Shown in pieces: positions 28,234 through 37,715 of a stretch of DNA of 64,000 nucleotides (positions within the stretch are counted from its first letter, which is position 1; every line of letters begins with the position of its first letter). The notes beneath the pieces were generated by a model. The model was not told where the DNA came from. It saw nothing but the letters and a program-made list of their open reading frames with translations, and made no database searches. Source of the DNA: a virus; IMG/VR virus record IMGVR_UViG_3300046501_000082, positions 1 to 64,000 of that record. The stretch is one strand, 5' to 3'. The position numbers and the translations under genes were made by a program.

Positions 28234-28605
28234 ATGTTTATGGTCTGGGTTATTATAGAAAGATGTGTACAACTCACGACCCTTGTACTACTGATATTGA
28301 TGATTAGTATCATCTTTAACAATAACAAGACTGGTGACGAAAGGAATAGCTTCAATTTACAACTTGAAGAGTTTAGGCAAGATGTGGTAAGAGTTAGGGC
28401 TAAGAACATTAGCTTCTTGGAAGGTAGGATTAATAAAGTATCTGAAAGTCAGGATATTTATCAGAACAGTACAGCAAGCAAACTATCTATCTTAGAACAA
28501 CGTATTAGTAAGATGGAAGTTGAAGATAAGAAAAGTTCTCGTGTTATCCAAACTAATGTTAATAACTGGACACAGAACGGAAATAGTATACCAGCAACAC
28601 AATAA
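28234..28605 (+). CDS. single-TM coiled-coil protein (lysis-associated?)
   Basis: N-terminal hydrophobic helix then coiled coil; RBS GAGG. Confidence 0.55.
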   Translation: MFMVWVIIERCVQLTTLVLLILMISIIFNNNKTGDERNSFNLQLEEFRQDVVRVRAKNISFLEGRINKVSESQDIYQNSTASKLSILEQRISKMEVEDKKSSRVIQTNVNNWTQNGNSIPATQ

Positions 28606-28675
28606 AGAACAAGTATAAGAATAACCACTTGTGTGGACATTAGAGCTTATCGCCATTTGCTCTTCTCAAAATTAT

Positions 28676-28711
28676 AGCCCGCGCTCATTAAGAGCGCGGG
28701 CTTTTTGTTTT
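28676..28711 (+). terminator. strong terminator at convergence of late and middle blocks
   Basis: AGCCCGCGCTC-ATTAA-GAGCGCGGGCT followed by T-run. Confidence 0.9.
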
Positions 28712-29366
28712 ATAGAATCGTCTCTATTTGGTCATCATAATCTTTTTGAATCATATCCGCCCTATTATTAAGGGCAGCTACCAATTTATCGTGAGGAATA
28801 ATTTCTTCTATCGAAGAAGTCTCTCTTAAAGTCTTTATTTTTGCCAGTTGCCACACCCTATGTGCTTTAAATGGATCATTGAAAAGCCCTAAATATAAAG
28901 TCTTACCTAGATGCTTATGATTCACAACTAAAGGGTTAGGCCCATCATTCTGCTTAGTTACCCCTAATGGGTAATCTCCACGTCTATTTATGCTCCTTAA
29001 AAACATGTTATTCACGTAGGCGGGCACAAAAATACAAGTCTCCTTGTTGTAGGATTTGTTCTGAGGTACTAATATATCCTTATCTAAGGACCAAAACTTA
29101 TTTTTATACTTGAGAGTGAAGCCGTACTCTGTATTACAAAACTCTGCAAAATCCTGGTAGTCTAAAAAATCATTAGACACATCTTGGTAGGTCTTGTTTT
29201 TATTCCAACAAGCTGTTCCGGGCGTAGTCCTCTGTTTCAAGTCCCTCCAAACCATACTAGATCTTGTTATATGACAATTATAAGGCTCCGGATAAAAAGT
29301 AGAAACCCACAAACCTTGTTCGTTTCTGTGCTCAGGCACATACTTAGTCCAAATAATTTTCTTCAT
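28710..29366 (-). mobile_element. HNH-type free-standing endonuclease
   Basis: F..YQ.FAE, LDKDIL....K.Y..ETC.FVP..VN, YPLGV, YLG.F.....AH..W motifs. Confidence 0.78.
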
Positions 29367-29430
29367 AACTTTTATTTCTCCAACGAAATTAAGCCCACGA
29401 AGTGTGAGCTTTTAATTTTGTATTATCTTC

Positions 29431-29640
29431 TTATTCTGTAGTCTTCACAGCAACCTCAAAAGAACTCTTATCAACACCCTTCACATTCTCCTTGTATGTC
29501 CCAGCAGGTACTTGCAACTCCACCACTTTCACAGGAGTAGGGTTATCCCGTTTATATGAGAGGTAGTAATAGCCTCCAATAAGAACAGCAGCTAGGATGA
29601 CAGCAGTTGCGATTAGGTCAATGATTTCTGATTTGTTCAT
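29431..29640 (-). CDS. small membrane protein
   Basis: One TM helix; coupled to upstream gene. Confidence 0.65.
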   Translation of the reverse strand: MNKSEIIDLIATAVILAAVLIGGYYYLSYKRDNPTPVKVVELQVPAGTYKENVKGVDKSSFEVAVKTTE

Positions 29641-30032
29641 TCATCTTCCTCCAATTCTTCTTTATTATTGTCTAACCAAATAGCAGCTTGCAACTGTGTA
29701 TCAGCCCACAATACAGGTAGGTGTGTTCTTAGTTCAACAAGATTATTAATCAACACATCAAGCTTTGCAAGTCTCTTTACTAAATCAGAATCTTTAGTGA
29801 CAGAGAAGTCCAAGTATATCTTTTTACTACAGTCACTAATCTGAACTTCAGCTTCCATGTACAGATTCTCAGCTGAGTGCTCACTCAAATCCTCCTGCCT
29901 GTCACTTTTACCTTTTACAATAATGAATCCTGTTTCATTTACAGAGTCATTAAGGAATTCTTTATTTACAAATTTCATACTAGGTTCTCCTAGAGTGTTA
30001 AGAAATATTGGGTGTATTCTCATATCTTTCAT
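29637..30032 (-). CDS. hypothetical protein (probable start MKFVNKEFLN)
   Basis: ISDCSKKI.LDF motif; in operon. Confidence 0.65.
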   Translation of the reverse strand: MKDMRIHPIFLNTLGEPSMKFVNKEFLNDSVNETGFIIVKGKSDRQEDLSEHSAENLYMEAEVQISDCSKKIYLDFSVTKDSDLVKRLAKLDVLINNLVELRTHLPVLWADTQLQAAIWLDNNKEELEEDE

Positions 30033-30246
30033 TCTGCCATTCCCTCACAGCATCTGCAAGCTCTTTATTCAAAGATTTATATTGCTCACCATTAAACATG
30101 CTGAATATAAAGCATAAGTGAATGTGTTTCTCACAGCTTCCTTTCCAATATGATAGGAGAGAGAATGTTGTGGCTTCTCGTAAGTGCTGGATTTCTGTGC
30201 GGCAGTCTATGATTAAGCTTTCGGTTGTCAAAAGTCTTCTCCCCAT
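29998..30246 (-). CDS. hypothetical protein
   Basis: In operon with RBS. Confidence 0.55.
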   Translation of the reverse strand: MGRRLLTTESLIIDCRTEIQHLREATTFSLLSYWKGSCEKHIHLCFIFSMFNGEQYKSLNKELADAVREWQNERYENTPNIS

Positions 30247-30413
30247 TCTTCGTCGGACATCTCGTGCCCTTCAACCCAACGGTTTACTAACAGTCCGTCA
30301 TAGTCACTACTGAAATACCATCCAGCTTTTATCTCTTCTTCAGTTAGGCTGAGAGTTACATCATTAAATAGTTCACTGTAGCGTTCATCTGTCATGCCAC
30401 GAAAAGTGTTCAT
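30228..30413 (-). CDS. hypothetical protein
   Basis: RBS GGAG; acidic small protein. Confidence 0.55.
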   Translation of the reverse strand: MNTFRGMTDERYSELFNDVTLSLTEEEIKAGWYFSSDYDGLLVNRWVEGHEMSDEEWGEDF

Positions 30414-30431
30414 TTTAGTTCTCCACAAAGT

Positions 30432-30464
30432 AAAAAGGCTCTACATCCCGAAGGACATAGAGCC
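30432..30464 (-). terminator. terminator after autotransporter gene
   Basis: GGCTCTATGTCC-TTCG-GGATGTAGAGCC-TTTTT. Confidence 0.9.
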
Positions 30465-30492
30465 AATATATCACATCAGATTATTGTGTCAA
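30465..30492 (-). promoter_or_regulatory. sigma70 promoter abutting terminator
   Basis: TTGACA-16-TATATT with TG extension. Confidence 0.6.
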
Positions 30493-30494
30493 GC

Positions 30495-31925
30495 TTATTT
30501 TAGACGATAGGTGCCACTAACAACAGCCCCAGTCTGAGAGCCAGCAGATGTGAATGCAGCATTCAGGAACAGAGATTCACTGACAGCACCACCAAAACCG
30601 ACTGCTACAGCATGATAGCCACCCATCGTTGCACCAGACAAAGCAACCTGTGGACCAGCTTGGTAGTCTGTAGAGAACTGATGACCTGCAACTGCAAGAG
30701 CACCTACAGCAATATTACCAACTTTATTCAAATCACGTTTCAGACTTGTAATCTCAGATTGCTGACTATCCAGACGACCACTCAAGCGAGTATCCATGTC
30801 ACGGCTGTAGTCTTCAATGTTGGTGATACGTGTCTCATGGTTAGAGAGTTGTTTGGTGTTACTGCTAAGTTGAACACTCTGTTGCTGCTGTACTTCACCA
30901 AGAGTCACAATGTTATTTGTGTTTGACTGGATCTGTGTAGTGTGCTGACTAAGTGTATTACCTTGTGCCGTTACAACTTCATTAGTAGATTTAATATCAG
31001 AGCTATTCTTACTAATGTCAGTAGTATTTTTAGCAATAGAAACTGTGTTAGCAGCTCCAATACTCAATGCAACGTTAGCCGTACTCTGTGCGTTTTCAGC
31101 CTTAGTATTTACACTAGAAAGCTGTCCTTGCACCTGTGTATTTGTGTTAGTCTGGTTACTATTTACAAAACTTTGATTATTGTTGATGGTGGTCTGTGCA
31201 GAGTTGATAGAAGTCTGCACACTAATAGCAGTATTCACTTTATCATCAACAGCTTTAACATTGTTGTTAGTCTTAGTGAATTCAGCAGCACCTTGTGAGG
31301 CAACACTATCAATCTTATCATTCAAGCCTGTGGCAATAGCAACGCCAGCAGCCTTAGTTGCTTGAAGGTCAGCGTTAACACTTGAGACAGCACCGTTAGT
31401 TTCACGGATAGCGTTCTCTGCGCCATCAAGACGTACAGCATTGTTAATAGAACGATCATCTGTTACAGCCAATGATTTCTCAATACCGTCTGCACGAACT
31501 GCGTTAGCATCTACTTTAGTCTCTACAGTGTCTAGACGGACTTCTGTTTTATCAACCCGTAGATTTGTGTTAGCATTGTCAGTCTTCAATTCTGTGTAAG
31601 CTGCTGCACCTTGAGCGGCGTAAGAGTCTACTTTGTTGTTCAAGTTGGATACGTTTGTATTGGTTTGATTGAGATTACTTTGAACCTTATCAGCAGCTTT
31701 CAAAGCACTCTCACCTACTCGGATACCGAGATTAGCAGAGTTCTGTGCATCAAATGCTTTAGTACGGGCATCATTAGCAACATAAGCTGTGTCTGCAAGG
31801 TTGTTGTTAGCCTCCTTTAGTTGAGACTGTGTGACATGGTTGAACGGGTTTGTCAAATCAATGCCAGTGGCAAAGGCTTGTGTGGAAGCAATCGTGATAG
31901 CTACAGCGAGGATCGTTTGTTTCAT
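30495..31925 (-). CDS. YadA-like trimeric autotransporter protein
   Basis: Sec signal (TQAFA), long Asn-rich coiled-coil stalk, C-terminal 4-strand anchor pattern (G.LA.A...VALSGAT.GG..AVAVG...GTYRL). Confidence 0.82.
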   Translation of the reverse strand: MKQTILAVAITIASTQAFATGIDLTNPFNHVTQSQLKEANNNLADTAYVANDARTKAFDAQNSANLGIRVGESALKAADKVQSNLNQTNTNVSNLNNKVDSYAAQGAAAYTELKTDNANTNLRVDKTEVRLDTVETKVDANAVRADGIEKSLAVTDDRSINNAVRLDGAENAIRETNGAVSSVNADLQATKAAGVAIATGLNDKIDSVASQGAAEFTKTNNNVKAVDDKVNTAISVQTSINSAQTTINNNQSFVNSNQTNTNTQVQGQLSSVNTKAENAQSTANVALSIGAANTVSIAKNTTDISKNSSDIKSTNEVVTAQGNTLSQHTTQIQSNTNNIVTLGEVQQQQSVQLSSNTKQLSNHETRITNIEDYSRDMDTRLSGRLDSQQSEITSLKRDLNKVGNIAVGALAVAGHQFSTDYQAGPQVALSGATMGGYHAVAVGFGGAVSESLFLNAAFTSAGSQTGAVVSGTYRLK

Positions 31926-31971
31926 TTGTTTCTCCTAGGTTAATTTTACAAGCTTTGTGCTTGTGGAGTGG

Positions 31972-32005
31972 ATTATGGGCAAAATAAAAGGCCCTGTCAA
32001 GGGCC
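31972..32005 (-). promoter_or_regulatory. sigma70 promoter fused to nrdB terminator
   Basis: GGCCC-TTGACA-GGGCC-TTTTATTTT hairpin; TTGACA-17-CATAAT. Confidence 0.85.
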
Positions 32006-32020
32006 AGTTTGAAAGTATTT

Positions 32021-32989
32021 CTATGCTGTCTTATACATTTCATAAGCTGGTGTAAAGCTACCGTCTAAGTTTGCTTTCGCATACTCAACAATACTACGCT
32101 CAAAAAATGATCCAAACGTCTTGCCCATCATTGCATCAATCCAAGGAAGAGGGTTTTCTCTAACGTTCCAGTTCTTCTTAAAGCCTAGCTGTTGAAGACG
32201 GTAATCAGCTACGTATCGAACATACTTTTTAACATCTTCTTTAACTAGGTTACTAACGCCACCCATTTTAAAGATTCGATCAACAAAGGCATCTTCTAAT
32301 TTAACAAGTTCTCGTGCTGAAGAGTAGATGTCCTTCTTAAACTCATCATTTACAATCCGAGGATGCTCATCTAAAAAGATGCGAAACAATGCAGTGTTAC
32401 CTTCTACGTGAATTGACTCATCAACCATGCTCCACCGAACAATGTCACACATTCCGGGAAGCTTCCCAAGACGGTCAAAGTTCAGCAGAATAGCGAAAGA
32501 TGCAAACAAACTTACACCTTCCATCATTGTCTGTTTAGCTAAATACTTTGCAAAGTCTGTATGGCTTTTACCAATACTCTCAATCATGTACTCATGCTTT
32601 TCTTTCATTTCTACATAATCAAGAAACTCATGATAAAAGCTTTCGCCAAAACCCATTGTATCCGAGAACAAAGCATATGCACGAATATGAGTACCTTCCC
32701 TAGCAGCAAAGCTCCCTAACATAGAACGTGCTTCGTTGTTCTTGATGTAAGGAATAATCTTGTCGTAGTAGCCCCCGCCAACATTGACATCTGACTGAGT
32801 GAACAAACGAAAGATATTAGATGTCAGGTTCTTTTCTTCAGGTAGAATCTTACCATTTTTCCACTGCTCTACATCATTGTTCAGCTTGGCTTCATGCTCA
32901 TACCAATGCACTTTCTCATGCTTAATATTAATATCCACCAAGCTGTGGTACTTTGGCGAATAAATTTCGCTGTATTCTGTGAGGCTCAT
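32021..32989 (-). CDS. nrdB: ribonucleotide reductase class Ia beta subunit
   Basis: FTQSD, EGTH..AY, EGVSLF.SF, DESIH di-iron motifs. Confidence 0.95.
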   Translation of the reverse strand: MSLTEYSEIYSPKYHSLVDINIKHEKVHWYEHEAKLNNDVEQWKNGKILPEEKNLTSNIFRLFTQSDVNVGGGYYDKIIPYIKNNEARSMLGSFAAREGTHIRAYALFSDTMGFGESFYHEFLDYVEMKEKHEYMIESIGKSHTDFAKYLAKQTMMEGVSLFASFAILLNFDRLGKLPGMCDIVRWSMVDESIHVEGNTALFRIFLDEHPRIVNDEFKKDIYSSARELVKLEDAFVDRIFKMGGVSNLVKEDVKKYVRYVADYRLQQLGFKKNWNVRENPLPWIDAMMGKTFGSFFERSIVEYAKANLDGSFTPAYEMYKTA

Positions 32990-33008
32990 TTGTGCTCCTT
33001 AATTAATT

Positions 33009-34892
33009 TCAACCGCTGCAAGCTGCGCATTCCTCACCAACTTCTGGTGTCCAGTCTGTAATAGCCTTACGTTCAATTTCCTTAGCAACGTCCGCATTGA
33101 TACCCCGTTCCATGCGAGCATAGTACATACTCTTGGAGTAAGGGGCAAGCAAAAACTTCAAGTGTACGGAGTTAAAATAACTACGATCACAGCCCGCAGG
33201 GTAGAATGTATTCAAGCTTTGGCTTTGGCAGACATACTGTGCCCGTGCATCTGACTGCTCAATAATCCAATGTTGGTCAATCTCCGCGCCTGTCTTAAAC
33301 ACAAGCTTATCTTTTTCTTCCATAAACTCTAGGTTTTGAACGCTGCCATTATCTTTAGCAATAAACTTTTCTTGATCGTCAACCCAACTTACAACTTTAT
33401 CTTCTGCAATCCCCAGCTTACTGGCATACTCTGTCAGCTTAGCTGTCAAGTGGGGATTCTTGACTGTGAATGTTCCTGCACGGGTTGAGTGGCTATACAC
33501 ATTCCCGCTCACAGGCTCAATACTAGGACTCTCACCAAGAATTACCGCGTTGTTGCTGTTAGGTGCAATAGCCATCAATGCTGAGTTACGAAGACCTGAC
33601 CCAATCATGTCAGAAGGTTCGCCACGTTCTTCTGCAAGCTTCTTGCTTTCAGCTAAAGCCTTTTCTTTAATCAGTTTGTAAATCTTATGTGTCTCTTGAA
33701 TCGCGCTACCAAAACCACCACCCTCCATTGGGATACCCTTGGATTGTAGGTAGTAGTGCCAAGAAAGTGTGCCAATTCCGATGGCTCGCTCCATCTTAGC
33801 TGAATAGGTTGCTTTACTAAGTTCTTCTGGTGCATTATCAATAAAGTATTGAAGTACATTATCCAGAAACCGGGTCAAGTCTTCTACAAGATTAGTATCT
33901 TTCCAAGCATCGAATTTAGCTAAGTTAAGGCTGCTGAGGCAGCAAACAAAGGTTCGGTCTTCATTTGTAGGAAGAGTCACTTCAATACAGATGTTGCTTC
34001 CCTTAATTTCCAAACCTTTATCTTTCTGTGTTTGTGGCAGGGCACGGTTTGCAGTATCAATTTTAAAGATGTATGGTTCACCTTGCAAAGCACGGGCTTC
34101 AAGAATCTCTTCCCATATAGCACGAGCCTTAACAACTTCTTTGATATCCCCTGTATGTGGGCAGACCAACTCAAAGTCTTCATCATTAACAACAGCTTGT
34201 GTAAATTTATCTGTCACATTTACAGCATGGTGAAACTGAACTCGGTTATCAGCCTTACGGGCAGAATCACCACCACTCGGAATACGGAACTTAATGTGTT
34301 CCATAATATCTGGGTGACTTACATCCATGTAATACGCACAAGCACCACGCCGTGTTTTACCTTGCTTGTAATAGCCAATGATCGCATCCATTGTTTTCAT
34401 ATATGGAATTGGACCCGGAGCTTTATCCGTAGTCGCACGGATGCTATTATGAAGGCCAACACCACCACCGGCAACAGACAAAGCAGCCAGTTCAACGTTA
34501 GCTTTCATTTGCCCTTTGATGCTGTCAGGAACCTCTAGGGCAAAACAACTAATTGGCATTGCTGCTGAGTGTTCACCTCCCCAGTAACCTTCTGAGACAG
34601 ACTTATGTCGCTCGTTATTTTCAAAGTCTTTCCACTCACGATCAGGAACTTTCTGCAACCATTTACCGACTGGTGCGTTACTAAGGACTGGACTGGCAAA
34701 CATGAACCAACCCTTGTGTGCAGCCTCATAAATACGTTGAGCTAGATCGTAGTCCCCATAACAGAAAGCTTCGGATGCTCGTGCAAGTGCATCGTTAAAT
34801 GTCTCACCTTTTTGAAGATAAAAACCATCAAGTAGTGCATTAGAAAAATCATTAATATATTCTGGTTGGTGTTCAAATTTTTTAATGCTCAA
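33009..34892 (-). CDS. nrdA: ribonucleotide reductase class Ia alpha subunit (no ATP cone)
   Basis: PISC, SNICIE, CCLSS, AIAP, YY.R, C-terminal CAAC. Confidence 0.95.
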   Translation of the reverse strand: MSIKKFEHQPEYINDFSNALLDGFYLQKGETFNDALARASEAFCYGDYDLAQRIYEAAHKGWFMFASPVLSNAPVGKWLQKVPDREWKDFENNERHKSVSEGYWGGEHSAAMPISCFALEVPDSIKGQMKANVELAALSVAGGGVGLHNSIRATTDKAPGPIPYMKTMDAIIGYYKQGKTRRGACAYYMDVSHPDIMEHIKFRIPSGGDSARKADNRVQFHHAVNVTDKFTQAVVNDEDFELVCPHTGDIKEVVKARAIWEEILEARALQGEPYIFKIDTANRALPQTQKDKGLEIKGSNICIEVTLPTNEDRTFVCCLSSLNLAKFDAWKDTNLVEDLTRFLDNVLQYFIDNAPEELSKATYSAKMERAIGIGTLSWHYYLQSKGIPMEGGGFGSAIQETHKIYKLIKEKALAESKKLAEERGEPSDMIGSGLRNSALMAIAPNSNNAVILGESPSIEPVSGNVYSHSTRAGTFTVKNPHLTAKLTEYASKLGIAEDKVVSWVDDQEKFIAKDNGSVQNLEFMEEKDKLVFKTGAEIDQHWIIEQSDARAQYVCQSQSLNTFYPAGCDRSYFNSVHLKFLLAPYSKSMYYARMERGINADVAKEIERKAITDWTPEVGEECAACSG

Positions 34893-34904
34893 AACTAAAT
34901 CCCC

Positions 34905-35279
34905 TTAATTACTGTCTGACTGAATTCCATGACGCTGTGCATATTCACAGAAATCACCAGTGTTCAACATTTTACCCATACCTTTCAGTGCAATACGCAA
35001 ATCAAGACTTGAGTGTTCAACCTTATTGTCCCAACTACATCCGTCACTTTGCATCCAATCAGAATCGCATCGTTCGTGTGCTTCCCATCGCAGGCAGTTG
35101 AGTACATTACCACGAAGGTTACGATGTTGGCAAACTACCTCGTCCACACCCATTGAGTAGTCAAGTCCGTTCTGGTAAAGGTATTTATAAATCTCTGCTT
35201 TATCATCAGAGCCGAAAGCTTCTTTGAATCCATCAACCAACAACATGTCACTTAGTGAGAGACTATACCCGATACTCAT
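34905..35279 (-). CDS. hypothetical protein
   Basis: In operon, 124 aa. Confidence 0.7.
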   Translation of the reverse strand: MSIGYSLSLSDMLLVDGFKEAFGSDDKAEIYKYLYQNGLDYSMGVDEVVCQHRNLRGNVLNCLRWEAHERCDSDWMQSDGCSWDNKVEHSSLDLRIALKGMGKMLNTGDFCEYAQRHGIQSDSN

Positions 35280-35443
35280 ACTTCTTCCTCAATATTATTA
35301 TAAACTGCATTAAAGCCAAGTGCTGTAAGAAGCATATCAAAGAAGTTGTAAGGATCATCTGCTTGAATGATCTCACCATCTACAAATGTCCGCATATAAC
35401 CATTAATGCCGTCATCTACACAATCAATCAGAATCTCTTTCAT
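35276..35443 (-). CDS. small acidic hypothetical protein (55 aa, not in ORF track)
   Basis: MKEILIDC...EEEV*, ATGA-coupled on both sides. Confidence 0.6.
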   Translation of the reverse strand: MKEILIDCVDDGINGYMRTFVDGEIIQADDPYNFFDMLLTALGFNAVYNNIEEEV

Positions 35444-35637
35444 ACATCCACCCCATCACTCAAGTCAGCCTGAAAGTATTCAAAGGCTGAAACATCATTA
35501 TTAATTGCAATCTCAATATCTTCAATAGTATCCACAATATACCGACTTGATTCTGAGATAGACATACCAAGTCGTACCATATAAAGATTCTGAAGTTCTT
35601 GAATAAAGTTAGATACTGTGTAATCAATTGTTTTCAT
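35440..35637 (-). CDS. hypothetical protein
   Basis: RBS GAGGAG before MKTIDY. Confidence 0.6.
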   Translation of the reverse strand: MKTIDYTVSNFIQELQNLYMVRLGMSISESSRYIVDTIEDIEIAINNDVSAFEYFQADLSDGVDV

Positions 35638-35648
35638 TTTATTTCTCC

Positions 35649-35906
35649 TCACAATACATTAAATGCTTTACGTGCTTTATCTGTTTGACTGAGAACTGGT
35701 GATGCCATACTGCGAATACTTTTCAGAAACTCTCGCATACCAACCTCATGAGGTTTCATATAGGTTTCACCAAGATTCTTGTAAAACATCTGGATAAAAG
35801 CGTCATCACCATAGCCTGCAAGTGCATCCAAAGCACGTAGCTCAGATTCATTAACTGTGAACGATACACTCAATTCTAGTTTTGTTTTAGCTTCAAGCTT
35901 TGCCAT
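35649..35906 (-). CDS. hypothetical phage protein (LDALAGYG motif)
   Basis: RBS GAGG before MAKLEA. Confidence 0.65.
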   Translation of the reverse strand: MAKLEAKTKLELSVSFTVNESELRALDALAGYGDDAFIQMFYKNLGETYMKPHEVGMREFLKSIRSMASPVLSQTDKARKAFNVL

Positions 35907-35907
35907 C

Positions 35908-36777
35908 TTATTTTTCCTCAATCATAAATTCATACCCGTTTTCCAAAACCTTACGATACTGCAACCAACTATCTTCTTTCTGGAAATTCCCACTTAGATC
36001 CCTGTCGCCATTCCTAGCACGAGCTTGGTGCTCCGTTGGACTAAAGTGTGGAGGATCTTCTTTATATGCCCCATTCTCTGGAAGATTCAGCATACCATAA
36101 ATCTTCTTAGCTTTCTCAAGAGTGTCATCAAGTTTACGATAACTAACTTGTCCTGTACAACTTGTAGAAATCATCAAAGCATCTTGAAGACTAATACCAC
36201 AACCCTTGAGCCAATAACCATCCCCAAAATAGGGCATGTGCCAATCTTCAGGACCAAGCTCTACAATACTACTTGTGTTGATAGCTTCATTAATCTGTTT
36301 AGCTAAAGCTTTAATTTCTGGTTGAGCATCTTTGTGCAAACGGAGTTTCAAGAATGCTTGCCAAGCCTCAAGTGTGCCTGTACTAACACCCTTAGTCCAC
36401 ATAAAAGGTTCAAGAAGGCGATTAACAATTTGTTTATGGGCACCAATTTCATCTAGATTTTCTGCCATCAAAGCAGCCTGAATCGCAGCCTGTTTCCATT
36501 CAAACTTGGCTTCATTTTTATCAACTTCATAAAGTTCTTTTTCTGCAACCATGCCGGGCTGATTCAAACCCCAATGTACAGGCATAGCTGGGTTGTTTCG
36601 TACTTGTTCAATCATTTGTTTAACTGGCACAGCACGAGAGCTTTGAAAGTTACGACTAAGGCTACGATGAGTGTTGAATTCAGGTAGTACAAAGCGATGT
36701 AGTTCAATCTCAAGGGTGATTAGACGGCTACCCTCAAACACGCTATCTGCTATAACTTTTGCACTAGGTTGTGTCAT
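35908..36777 (-). CDS. thyX: FAD-dependent thymidylate synthase
   Basis: EFNTHR.LSRN..SSRA, HKQ..NRLLEPF, LRL...AQPEI motifs. Confidence 0.88.
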   Translation of the reverse strand: MTQPSAKVIADSVFEGSRLITLEIELHRFVLPEFNTHRSLSRNFQSSRAVPVKQMIEQVRNNPAMPVHWGLNQPGMVAEKELYEVDKNEAKFEWKQAAIQAALMAENLDEIGAHKQIVNRLLEPFMWTKGVSTGTLEAWQAFLKLRLHKDAQPEIKALAKQINEAINTSSIVELGPEDWHMPYFGDGYWLKGCGISLQDALMISTSCTGQVSYRKLDDTLEKAKKIYGMLNLPENGAYKEDPPHFSPTEHQARARNGDRDLSGNFQKEDSWLQYRKVLENGYEFMIEEK

Positions 36778-36778
36778 T

Positions 36779-37258
36779 TCAGCGGAACTCCTTACCAACA
36801 AACTGTTCCAAATTAGGCCGTTTATGGTCAGCCAATTTCATTACTTTCCCATCTTCTGAGCGCTTGACACAATACAGTGTTTCACCTTCATAAACAGTTT
36901 GATCAATATAACACACTGTACCCTTTTCTTCCAACGCTTCTTTACTTATCAAAGCATATGTGTAGCTAGTTGTAATCTTACTTGTATTATTCTCACAGAC
37001 CTGATCCAGAGCTTTACGGGTATCGCAACCAAAGGAGTAGAGTAGATGTTCAAGCCAAGTGTTAAGGTATTCCACGTCGCAATAAGCGTCAAGAGCTTCT
37101 ACCATATCCTCATCATCACAGGCAGTTACTAATTCGTTTGCCTCCTCTAGAATCAGCTTAGCTTGTAGCTTTAGTTGTTGCCAAACTTCATACTCATTGC
37201 CCATTGCTGGGATGTTGTTAATACCATAATTAAACTTCTTTACTTCTACCTTACTCAA
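36779..37258 (-). CDS. MazG-like nucleoside triphosphate pyrophosphohydrolase
   Basis: LILEE..EL, E.LDA..D, N.SK, DGKVMK....P.L motifs. Confidence 0.8.
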   Translation of the reverse strand: MSKVEVKKFNYGINNIPAMGNEYEVWQQLKLQAKLILEEANELVTACDDEDMVEALDAYCDVEYLNTWLEHLLYSFGCDTRKALDQVCENNTSKITTSYTYALISKEALEEKGTVCYIDQTVYEGETLYCVKRSEDGKVMKLADHKRPNLEQFVGKEFR

Positions 37259-37271
37259 AACTTTCTCCTTA

Positions 37272-37715
37272 TTACATATATTCAAGATTAAAAGCATCTA
37301 CATCAAAACTGTTCCAATCTGGAAAGTCTTTACCACCAAACAAAACCCTCTTGTTAGAATCAAACTTAGAAAGATTATCCTCTAAGTCATCAATCATTGC
37401 AACAAGACTGTCATTTAAAATCCACTTCTCGTGTGTGCCTACAAAACCAAGCATGAAAGGAAACCACCTCTTACACCAATATACTTTTGAGCGGTGATGA
37501 TTTCCTTTAAGACGGCTCACAAACACAATATCAAAATGTTTACTAAGCTGCTCTAGTTTCTCAACAGAACCTTCCATTGGTAGAAGATTATCATACAAAT
37601 CCTCAGAACGCCAGAAGTCTAATGGCTCAGACAACGACTTAGCAGCCTCTTTGTATAGTGTGATGGTGTCAACTAAAACACCATCAACATCTACTCCAAT
37701 CTTTGGTTTGCTCAC
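37272..37715 (-). CDS. 5'(3')-deoxyribonucleotidase, HAD family
   Basis: GVDVDGVL.D, K..W, IDD...N motifs. Confidence 0.85.
   Translation of the reverse strand: MSKPKIGVDVDGVLVDTITLYKEAAKSLSEPLDFWRSEDLYDNLLPMEGSVEKLEQLSKHFDIVFVSRLKGNHHRSKVYWCKRWFPFMLGFVGTHEKWILNDSLVAMIDDLEDNLSKFDSNKRVLFGGKDFPDWNSFDVDAFNLEYM

Noticed and set aside
1767-28605. A conserved phage-specific late promoter motif
   Set aside because: No repeated motif found by eye in late intergenic gaps; needs motif discovery on the full genome
33009-34892. Intein or intron in nrdA
   Set aside because: Frame continuous, size normal, no splice-junction motifs
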